From Leptogorgia sarmentosa (Eukaryota), in NCBI GenBank assembly GCA_964658305.1, contig OZ210884.1, positions 2,604,001 through 2,668,000 on the forward strand: a stretch of DNA of 64,000 nt, read 5' to 3'. The position numbers and the translations under genes were made by a program. Below, in pieces: positions 41,801 through 53,663 of this stretch (its first letter is position 1; each line of letters starts with the position of its first letter). The notes below the pieces were generated by a model, which saw only the letters and a list, made by a program, of their open reading frames with translations, ran no database searches and had not been told where the DNA came from.

Positions 41801-44800
41801 TTGAGAATTAGTTTCAGGTCGAACGAAAACGCATGCTAGCTGATTTTTAACGTATTTTTTATGATTACCAGATCTGTAGAAGTTTTTTATTTTTGTATAT
41901 AATAGTTTGAAAATGACATTTAGCACATGCACAATACATGGTTTGCCTTCGGGACAGAAAGATATAAATGTGTTTTTTTTCACTTTGAAAATGAATGAAG
42001 AAAATAATCGAATTGAATCGTTTTATAGCTATATTATATAAGTATCTATATTTACACTAGACAGTTTATCTATACATATTACGTGGATTCAATGAGATAT
42101 GATATTGATTAGTGTGATATTTATTAACAAATCGGTTTTGATTGATTAGGAACAATCTTTAATCCTAATAGTTCTCGTAGTTTTGCTATACGCTTACATG
42201 AAATAAATATAACTGAATAGAAGAATATAACTTATGATATTATTTATCCATTGGTGGAACAATTCAGAATATACAGCTAGCACATGATCCAAGAATGTGA
42301 AATTCATCCAATTTCAATTTTTTTTTCTTCCAGTCAGAAGTCATGGCTTTTTTGATAATTATCAGATAAAGCTACATGAAATTATTCAATGAAATTTTTG
42401 TTAGCTATTTGACCACAATTTTGGTTAATTCGATCGTTGATAGTGCGCGTTTAATTTATTAATTAATTGATCATGGCAGTGCACTGTTAACGTTCGGAAT
42501 TGAAAAATACAGTGAATACAAAACTCTCACGATCTTGCACACGCTAGTTCAAATTCAAAAATTTCATATCATTCGGTCCCCAGGCCAAGCTATACATTGT
42601 ATGATATATCGATGTTTTCTGAATAAGATATGTGAAAATAAAAAAATTCTATAGAATAGGTAATGAAAAAATGATGTATAGTAATGACTTGAAGTTCACA
42701 TGCATTTCCGTTTGAGTTGCAGACTAATTCTCATATCACACCTTTGCTTTAAAATGGCAAAAACACGGCAGTGTATAAAAATATTAAAGGCAAGCAATAC
42801 ATTGTTGGAATTATCATTGTAATATGTATAATATATTGCAAAATGAAAAATCTATGGCTAGAATGAAGCGAGAAAAAGACTTGAAATTTAACATGCACAT
42901 TCCTCAGAAACGCATCAATGTTCAAAGTAAAAAAACGCATTGATATCATTCGGTCCCCAGGCCAAGCTATACATTGTATGATATATCAGTGTTTTCTGAA
43001 TAACATATGTGAAAATAAAAAATTTCTATAGAATAAGTAAGGAAAAAAAGGACTTGAAGTTCACATGCATTTCCGTTTGAGTTGCAGACTAATTCTCATA
43101 TCACACCTTTGCTTTAAAATGGCAAAAACACGGCAGTGAAAAAAAATATTAAAGGCAAGCAATACATTGTTGGGATTGTCAATGAAATGTTTTTAAGTAT
43201 AGTTTGAAGTGAAAATTGTATGTCTATAGTATTCGAACAATTCGAATTAAGATAAATGAGTTTCATTAATTTGTTTCTCAGGTTGAAACAAGGACTTTAA
43301 GTTTTGTAACTTATTAACGTTCTTCAGTATAAAGAATTAGTTTCTGTTTGAATGTAATTATAATATATGGAGATCTATTATTAGATGTCATATGTAGTGA
43401 TCCACAGGCCAGCCATCCCCTAATTATTAAAGTTCTTTATATGATATAGCTTCTGCACATCGGTGTGCACATTCTCAAGACACGCATATAGCACAGATAC
43501 ACACATATACATATAAGTTTATACATTCCACGTGCACACAATTAAAAACGTGAAAAATAAAGCTAGAATTAATGTATTAAAAACTGTAAAAGGTGAGAGG
43601 AAGGTATTGTGGATATGGTTGTCTAAGTCAAGTGTGAAATATCTATGTATGTATGTTGAGGCCATCATATAATTCAGAGAGTCTAGGATTACTAGACCTT
43701 ACTTTTGAAGTATATTAGCGAGAGTTATTTGAGTATAGATACAATCATCCGTGGATAAGTTTTGTATAGTAATGTCACCTTTTACAGTTTTTAATACATT
43801 AATTCTAGCTTTATTTTTGACGTTTTTAATTGTGTGCACGTGGAATGTATAAACTTATATGTGTATGTGTGTATCTGTGCTATATGCGTGTTTTCCTAAA
43901 AAGCACCTTGTAGGACAGTCTTATAATATAGACCCTGCGAATATCGTGTTTTGGTCATTTACAACATACGACGACACACCACAACACGGACTGGACATTC
44001 TAAACACCTAGAGTCCTAGACTATCTAACAAAAAGGACTAAAGCGTAGTACTCAAAATACATGATCATAGCTATACAGCAGATCTAAAATACCTACAACA
44101 ACATTCAAAGGAAAGTCCAATAGGACTCTTTGATTATCAGTTCAACAATGAACGGTCCCTATTGTGAGTTACAGTTTGTCTTATATTAATACGTTGAGGA
44201 TGTTGCAGCCCTCTTCGAGAGTTTTATGACGCTAAATGTGGTTCACCTACGTGCGCAGCTTGGTTTTCCTAATTTGCACAATTTGCGTAAAGCAAAGTTA
44301 AAACTATAGACCCAAAAGTTAAGTTGGAAAATGACAAACAGTTTGTCTTATATTATTTGCGTGGGGATTAAGACTGCGCAAAATACGTTGAGGATTCTGC
44401 AGCCCTCTGTTTGAGAGTTTTATCTACATTCGAGAACGTTAAAGACGTGTAAGTGACGCTAAATGTGGTTCACCTACGTGCGCTGCTTGGTTTTCCTAAT
44501 TTCCACAATTTGCGTAAAGTTAAAACTATAGACCCAAAAGTTAAGTTAGAAAATGACAATTTTGTATATATATATATATAGGCTTGTAGCTATCAAATTC
44601 AACTTCCGTCCTTTAAATGACGTCACGCGCGCAAGGTCAATTTCGCATCGAAACATGCAAAAATGCCAACTTTGAGCGCAATTTTCGATACCTTCTCGTC
44701 GACGGAATACAATATGTGATATACCAAAATGATCAGTGAAACGGGGAGAAACGGATTATGTAAAAAAACGCATACCCAAAATTTCGATTCAGTAGCACTT

Positions 44801-47800
44801 TAATGAAGGGCAAATGGTGTACTATACTAAGAGATTTTCCAGACTAAATTTAAATGCTATGCACATTTATTTCTATTCTTTAGGCGTTTTCCCATTTTGC
44901 TGAGGCACGACAGGAAGACATCTCTAAACGAGAAAAATTACAGTTGATTTGCGAGAAAGTTGAAGCGATTATTGAAAACTGCGACGAAAAACTTCTCAAA
45001 GTTTTGGATTTGCACTTTGATTATGATGTAAAGATCGAAATAGCAAGGAAGAAAGATGAATTGCTGATAAAAGAATATGTCCTTCTCTTCGCAGGTATAT
45101 TACTAAAATTGGCCAACTGTAATTTCATTCCACCTTATAACTGTAATTACTGTATGGTTCACGTATAGAAGTTTGTCAGCTGAATAATTGCATGCAAAAT
45201 ACACCATCACTTCCACTTAGTAGTGTGTTACAAATTCACATTCAGTTTTATACGTAAACGACAAGTTGCTCAGTATCAGGTTAGCGGTAATACTCCTGTA
45301 CTCAAGATTCACTTTCCAGGACGAGACACGCGCGACAAAACAATTATTTCCCAACAAAATGATTGGGAAGCTAATTTAGAAAATCATAATATTTCACACA
45401 CACCCGCACCCATATTTACGGCCCTGGCCGTAGCCTCATTTCTTAAAAATAGTAATTATAACGAACATACTTGCGTACATGTTATGATTGAACAGGAAAT
45501 TTGAACAGTTTTAGTCATACTAGTTCGTTATTTATTGACAAAACATAACTCAGGTGGCTTCCCCTTTGCGTACGAGACGGAGAAGGTAAGGGGGCAACTG
45601 CGTCCCCCAAAAATTTCAAAGCCGAAAATTCGGATAATTTTTAAGCATATAATTTGTGCAAAAATCTCAGGAATAAAGTGATTTCAACAATCCCTCAGTC
45701 CTTCGTCTGAAGGAGAGTGCCAAGAAAGTGGAGTTAGTACTCAGAAATTAGCGTTGTTTCCGGCAATCCGGGGGTTCTGAATATTCAACATTTTCTCGCT
45801 CGGCGCCAACACCATGGGGCAACGATCTTTCTGTCTCCTGACAAAATATAGCCCGTACGCGCCTATGGTGGCTGCGATTTGTCTTATTTGTTGCTTTGAC
45901 AGATGTAAGCGAATGAAATTACATTAAGTCCATCTGCACGAAACATGCAGAAATAAAAATATCTAGTTGAATCTGCTGGACTGTGTCCGAATAAAAACAC
46001 ACTAAGATTATAAATTTTCAGCCCCACCCACTCTCTAATTGTCTATTTTTGTGTTTAGGTGAGACCTCCTCAGGTAAGAGCAGTTTGATCAACCTTATCC
46101 TGGGAGAAAATGTTTTGCCACATGCACAATTACCAGTAACCTCCACGATCTGCGAAGTGCGACATGGAAGTGTCAGGAAATTTAAAATTTACTACAATGA
46201 CGAGAGAGAATCGGAAGAAATCAGTATGTCAGATCCAGCTGCCAAAGGCAAAAGCTACATAGATCAGTTGACACCGTTTTTGCGCCAGGAGGAAAATCGT
46301 GACAAGGGCTCGCCTATCAAAAAGATTGAGTTATATTGGCCTCATGAAATGTTGAAGGTAAGCTCGTCTGGATAAACACGAAATGCTCAAATAACATCGT
46401 TAAGCTGCATTCTCAGTTGTTATTTTACATTTTTCATTTTCTAGGATGGATTAGTTATTGTTGATAGTCCGGGAATTGGTGAATGTCCAGAGATGGACAA
46501 CATGGTGGCAGAATACCTTAACAAAGCATTCCTTTTCATATACGTGATAAACAGCCACAATGCCGGAGGTGTTCATCAGGACCGGGTGAGTTTTTCCAAC
46601 TTCGACAATTCTAGTATCGCGATCAGATTGAAATTGTAAATCGGCTGGAAGCAAAATTTTCTTGTTCATTGTCAATCACAGCCCTGCTGATTCACACGAT
46701 GTCTAGCGGCTTCACTATTTGATTTGCGGCGTTTGTAGAGTGAAAATCTCATGGCCTGAAATTTGTGACAGTCAGCGGTATGACACGCGGTTTCATAAAA
46801 CTCGTCCATTTCGCAACACTCGGCGGTTTTGCCTCCGTCTCAATAATGTACAGAACGTCGTGCCATTTTAATTGTGTCAGTCTGTCACTCTATTTTGGTA
46901 CGGTATGCTATATCAGATTTCTGGTCATGTTGTAGTTTAGCAGCCCAAAGAAACCTCATACTGCCTCACGAGAGCAAATAAGAAGTCACACAAAACAACA
47001 GTGATTTTTTACTACGCATCTTATTAATTTCTGGAATAGATAGTCTTGCAATGTTTGTCCAGTTCCTTCTTATAATTATTATTCTACAATTACGTGTAGA
47101 ATGAAATAGGAATTTGTTTGGCTGCTTGATCTGTTTTTTCCTTTGTCCGTCAAACACAGCATTTTTTGTATCCATGTATAGAAATTTCCTTGAAAATATT
47201 GTAAAAAAATTGTGTTCGATTCATAATGCCTTGCACGGACAAGCAATTTTTCATTTTATTATTATTTCACTGTAAGCTATATAGTTGAAAAAATACAAGC
47301 AATTTTTCATTTTATTATTATTTCACTGTAAGCTATATAGTTGAAAAAATACTCGTTCATACTCAAGGATGAAGCTAACCAACTTGAGCCAGGACAAGTA
47401 TTCGTTTGTAATGCCAAGTAACACTTCGCCTTTGCACATAATGTGAGAAATGTATTGCATGAGTTACATTGGCGAAACGGATCAATTACTTCCCGAAATC
47501 TATACCACTTCAGTAAAAAGTGTTTGTTTCAATCATTACAAGATCCGATGCATAAGGTTTGCAAATATTGCAGGCAATTTGTATAGCACGAGATATTATT
47601 CGCTCGCTTTTTTATTAAAAACATTCAAGCCTATATACATCAGATAACAGTAAGAAAATGATGAAAATAAATAGCACTTTTCCGGCGAAATTCAAAGCAT
47701 ATATCTCGGCCATTTTTTGAGCTGTTTCAATCGATTTTAATTACGATGATAATACAGGGTGTCTCAAAAAAAAAGGTAATCGAACTTTGGCATGCCATTG

Positions 47801-50800
47801 TGCGTTAATTACTAGGTGTATGAACGTAATTTTTGCATGGTCATAAACATCGGGGTCTCAGCTGTTGAATGACATGATTTTTGTGTCATTATGAGCAAAG
47901 CAGAACGAATATGAGAGCGATTAAAATTCACGGTTGAAATTGCATATTTTCACATCTGTGCCTAATTAAAGCAGTGCATAAAAAAAGAAAAATGCAATTA
48001 ATCACGAATGTGTCATGGTAACTGAACAAAGATTTTATCAGGATTATTAATAATTATGCATAATCAGGTCGTTTGTTGAAGGGAAGGTCGTCATCTTCGA
48101 GTCCCAGAGGGAGTTCATTTTGAATAAGTTTAGCCGCAATTCTCAGGGGTTTAATTAACCCAGATAGACTAAAGAATTAATTTGAATACATTCTAGAACA
48201 ATCTGAGACAGGAAACCAAGCACTTAGTCATCTTTCGGTGTAAAATAAAACTTTATTGCAACACATAGCGTGTGAGTTAATGCGCCTGATTAATATTCCA
48301 CGGTCAGTATAATTTCGCAATCATGTGCATCATTTCTCCCCATGTGGCTTTGCAATATAAATCGATGATTGATTATACAGTTATTGACCGAATTTAGGTA
48401 ACAAAATATTATCAGATGAAATAAGTTTTTCTTTATTGAACGACTGGTTTAGGATGTTAGAACGGAATGGAATTTGTTTTGCACACGGGAAAATAAACAA
48501 ATAAATAAAAAATAAACAAAAGAAGATTTTATTACTGAAAATGAAGTTAATGTCAGCTGAATCCTTAATATTGATAAATATTTCCGTGTTTTTCTGTATC
48601 TAGCTTATAAAATTGCTTGAACTTGTGCAAAAACATCCTTTGGGAAGGTATGTCTCCGAAGGTGCTGTGTTTGTCTGTAATAAATGGGATCTCATTGAAG
48701 AAGACCCCGAAAGAGAAAAAATCGCCGAACATATCAATGGGAAGTTGAAGTTACATTGGTCTGGACTGGACTGCATGTCTCAAGTCGTTCAGCTCTCAAC
48801 ATTGAAAGCAATCGAGTCGCAAAACTATGGTGTCATCTCGCCGCAGTTCAGGATGTTTATCAATTCTGTTAAAACAATGATGTTCAGAGCAATAAAGGCA
48901 AGGCTACAGAACGAATGCAGGTAACGGTTTTATATTGAATAAAGTTCTTTTAACGATAAAAGAACAGTGCATGATTCCGGGAGATAGAATGAATCCAAAG
49001 ATTGTATGGCAATGCTGAGGCACTATAAAGTACTATCTAAAATTGAAATACAAACGAATAGTCTTTTTACCAATTGTTCAAGACTTCAAGTACACGACTG
49101 ATAAAGTTTATGCTTTTAGTCTCCTGAAAGATTAAAAAAAAATCAGGTACGGGTTTTCGAAGTAGGGATTTACCCCGAATATTTTGTAACAACGGGAACA
49201 AATCCAACATTCACACCTTTACACTCGGGAATACTGCTAGGAATATCAGTAATAATTTTTATTGGGTATAATATTGCCTAGGGAGATTTTCGGAAATTTT
49301 AATAACTTTCGGAGCGGAATACGTCGGATCAAAACGCACCAGATATTCTCCGTGTGACTACTGTCAGAATATGTTTAGTATGAAAAGTGCGGATAATATA
49401 CAATCATTGGACGAGGCCAGTGGCGTAGCCAGACCAAAATGAGTGGGGGGTCTAACAGCCAAATACACATGGTCTTATACGGGGGGGATAGGTTTGCGAA
49501 ATAAAGGTGTAAGATTTTTGTAAAACGGACCTGCGAATTTCAACCGATTTAATCGTTGCATGAGCGAATTTTTATTCACACCCTGCCCATACCAAATGAG
49601 GTTTGAAGACTGACGAGTCGTAGTTGCAATAAGCTATTTCATGCTGAGCGAGTTTCGAACTAAATGAGCATGCTCGGTAAGCTGCTTGAACCAATTATTT
49701 GCAGTTGAAGTGATTTTGTTACAAAATTAAAATTTTGCACAAAGAACGTATTGACGTAGTACAAAGCAAAAGCATTGTGGAAGTGTTCGTAACGTCAAAC
49801 AAACAAAGGTGGCGTATATTTGGAAAATTTCGTAATATATGAGTTACAAGTTTGTATAGATTAGTTCATATTTTCATTGATATTTTTGTATAATGTTCTT
49901 ATTTGCCCTAAATTTGTACAAAAAAGATCGTTCCCATAAGGATGCGGGTTAGGTCGTAACCAGAATGGGCCTATACCTAAAAGGTAGAGTTAAGACTCTG
50001 AATTGGCCGTTTCCGGCAATCTAGAGTTTCTAAATGTTCAAATCTGAATATTTTTTCGTTGGTCCCCACATGTCTTCTTGTCCACCCCTCTCTCCCTAGA
50101 ATTTTCTTATATGTGCGCCCCTGAATTAATGTAGAATATTACCGAAAGCATGAGCGTTCAATTATAGCTTTTATTAAGAGAGGCAGTTGTTCTGCTTATT
50201 TGCCAAAGTAAAACAAATTGCCCCTTTTTAAAATGCTGCCCCCAACCTGCCCTGGATTGCTTCCGGCGCCTCTGTATATCTAATAAACTGATTAATAGTG
50301 TAGGGCTACAAATAATAAATGTTTATGAGTGCAATGGTAAGAATAGTTTGACGAGGTGAAAGATGGGATGTTCTACTACATCTTTCACCTAATGAAAATA
50401 TTCTTTCCATATTGCACGAATAAAAGCATTCATTATTTGTTTTATATAATACCAAAATAGCAAAAGGTTTATTGCAAGCTGCCGCCATTTTGGGTGTATT
50501 CTGTACGTCGAGAATCGTGGGGTAAATAAACTGCGATCACTGTCCGGAAAGTGCGTTGAACGATGGGAGTTACTGAAAACATAGTACGAATAGAATTGCT
50601 CTCTCTAGAGTGCAACGGGTTTCGTACCATTGTACTCTTGTGAAATGGAATTTTCTATTCAATATCGCGTGATATTATAGAACAATTATAGAACTATATA
50701 GTATATAACAGTATTTAGTAGAATCATACTCGTATACTATTGCAAATGCTGCAATTTGATTGGCTACTCTACTCGCTATCTATTCCTCGATAGATAGCGA

Positions 50801-53619
50801 GTAGCAAAACATGTGAATTTTCGTTCAAGAAAATGTCTTCTGAGACGCGGTTTTAAATTATTTTTTGCAATATTTTCATGTTTGATCTCTGATTCTACTA
50901 AAACAATTAGATTACTCGCTCTCGATTTCTACGAGATGATAGTTGATTCGGGCTTCGCCCTCATCAACTATCACCTCATAGAAATCTCGAGCTCGTAATC
51001 TAATTGTTAAATAGAACAATTTATTATACTCGGCTGTCGCAAAATATCGCGTTTATCAGTGGCTTGCAAATCACTTATTTGCCACTGCCTTGTGCAAGCA
51101 CAAATAATTCAATATGCGCGCCACTGATAAATCACGATATTTTGCTCAGCCTCGTCCAATAATTGCATAATAATTATTGTCGACTTAAGCAAACTCAATC
51201 AGAATGCCTATTCCTCACCTTTCTCATTAAAAAAGCTAGTATTTCACAGCCTAAGCTATCAATTTATATCCCAAATAATCTTTTGCAGATGGTTGGATTC
51301 CATTCTTTCCAGAATTCATTTTTACACCACGATCGTAATGCGACAGTATGAGCAAAACAAACCAATAGAAAATATTTTGAAAGCAAAACTGATGCTTGAA
51401 ATGGTTAAAAAGGATTATGTGGCCTGCATTGCTGAACTGGAAAGTAAGCTTGAATCCAAAACAAAAGAAGCTGCGAAATGTCTTATCGTGGAATTGAGGA
51501 AAAATACTGAGGAATTTAGCACCTGGAGCGGTGACGAATGCGCTGGCGACGAATTAACACCCGAAGCTGAAGAAAATGTTGAGAAAATCATCCGGCAAAA
51601 GTTCGAGCAGTTGATAAATAAATGGGAGTCGGAGAACCAAATAATTCAAGACGCGCTCACTTCACTGATGAAACGCCTTAAAAAGTACAGTGAACGTCTT
51701 GAGTTCAACATCAGAGCTGTGGAGGATGTGATAACGAAGGAAACAGTATCTAGCCCCGAAGAGCGCTTGAACACTGCAGGAAAAGTCGCTCTTGGTCTAA
51801 CAAGTCCAATCTGGTTTCCTCTTGCACTTATCGGTGGCATCGTCAGCCTTCCAGTCCTGGGTGGGATGATGGTTAAGAGCTTGATTAAAAAGGCAAACGC
51901 GAAGAAGCTTTTCAAAAATGATAAGAGAAGTTACATTGCTGAACGATCACGCCAATTTTTTGAAAGTCACGTCAGTGAGGATGGTCTTCGCTCATTTATC
52001 GCGCCAAAGTTTGAAATTGTAAGATATAACCTCATCCAGATGAAATCGAATTTCTTGAAGTTAATCGATGCAGACATGTATTTGATACTTCAAATTTTGG
52101 ACCAAGATATCGCTCTGACCAAAGCCGCCGAATTTTATGCTCCTATAAAAGCCGATTGTGACACAACCCGAGGACAGTTGTCTATTTTTACACTCAAAGA
52201 GATCACTGCGACCGAAATCGACATTGCTGATATACAATGGGGCGGCGATACTATTGGCAGTGGTACATTTGCTGATGTTTTTAAGGGAAACCTTAAAATC
52301 AACGACGAAAAGCGTGTAGATGTTGCTGTAAAGATTTGTAAAGACATGCTCACCGAAAATAATGCCCACGATTTGTTATCTGAAGACTTGGTGTTAAGGT
52401 ACCGTAAAAACTTTTATAATATATAAATATTATATAATAACATATATCATATATTATAATTGTATCATACAGTTATGCGGACTTATTTCGGAAAAGCAGA
52501 AGAACTGTTCATCGTATGGCGATCAACATGTCACAACAGACAGAGGAATTAACACTTGCACATAAACAGTTTCGGCAACTTAAATTTGTTGTCTGTGGAC
52601 GTTACGATTTTCATCTAAAGTTAGCCTTTTAAATCATTTCGTGTTTACTATAGTAATAGTATACAGGCCAAATTAATGCTTTATGTGTGAAAAGCAGAGT
52701 CAGTGTTATACTGATTGCAATTTTGTTTTGCTTCAAAGCTTCCTGTCAATTAGCATATGCTATTTCCATTTCGGCAAATGCTTCAAGGCGCTATAATACA
52801 AAGTTAATTTCGAATAAGTTAATTCCTTGTGCATTAAACATAGCAACTTGTATGCCATTTTGAACAAATATGTTCGCGCACGCGTACTTTAAATGTCCGC
52901 GATTTCTGGCCATGTATTGACAAATCTATAACGTCAGAGCGAAAAAAGATAACGAACCTAAATTTCTGGCTTTTCTATTTATGATTTATGACATAGTATG
53001 TCATAAGTATAGTGATAATTTTTCTCTATTCTTAGGAAATTCTCTCAACACGTTTTTAAGAAATTAAGAAATTCAATATTCCTCTTAATTTCTTGATAAC
53101 GTATTGAGAGAATTCCAAAGAAGGGAGAAAAATTATTTCTAAACCATGCACTGAAAAAATTATTGAAGAAATATCCTAAAATGACCAAAGAAACACGATA
53201 TATAGAGGATATTACACAGCGGTGCGAAGATATGAATTTTATCTTCGACTGGTGAAAGCAATATTCACCACGAGAAGATAAAATTCATATCTTCAAACCG
53301 CCGTGTAATCTTCTTTTTATTATATAGTCGTAAAAGCCAGTCGGCAATATTAATTTTGGATCGATAATGCTAAGTTTTTCAACGAAATTGTCTTTTGCTG
53401 TAGTATTTTCATTTTATCGACAATTTCATTTTATCGATTGATGTATTTCCATGGAACAAAGACAAAAATTGGTTCGCCACTCTTAGACGAACGTCGCCAT
53501 TTTGAAAACAATTTTTTGGCGGGAAATGATCACGTGATCGATATCTTCACTAGTGAAGATATGGAAAATATCTCACTGTGTATTTCTCGGTATCTCACTG
53601 TGTATACTATATAATAAAT

Positions 53620-53663
<44 letters not shown>

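Larger units (their letters stand above)
36902..44799. mobile_element. Kolobok-type non-autonomous DNA transposon inflated by nested insertions
   Basis: Perfect ~46-bp terminal inverted repeats AGTGCTACTGAATCGAAATTTTGGGTATGCGTTTTTTTACATAATC at both ends. TTAA on both flanks (36898-36901, 44800-44803), AG...CT termini. Imperfect inverted similarity continues ~200 bp inward (GGACGGAAGT at ~37092 versus ACTTCCGTCC at ~44602). No transposase ORF seen. Confidence 0.8.

Noticed and set aside
42510..42550. Helitron 3' end (…GCACACGCTAGT)
   Set aside because: CTAG|T is present, but I could not identify a convincing GC-rich subterminal hairpin or a matching 5' TC end.
36898..44803. piggyBac assignment based on TTAA flanks
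   Set aside because: Termini are AG...CT rather than the CC...GG typical of piggyBac, which fits Kolobok better.
51646..52369. Antisense ORFs of 72-102 aa
   Set aside because: These are shadows of the coding exon on the opposite strand, with no recognisable motifs.
51293..52426. Stand-alone 377-aa gene, or a bacterial dynamin-like gene acquired recently
   Set aside because: The ORF starts at TTG and is bounded by in-phase splice sites; it is exon 6 of a spliced gene with seven coding-region introns.
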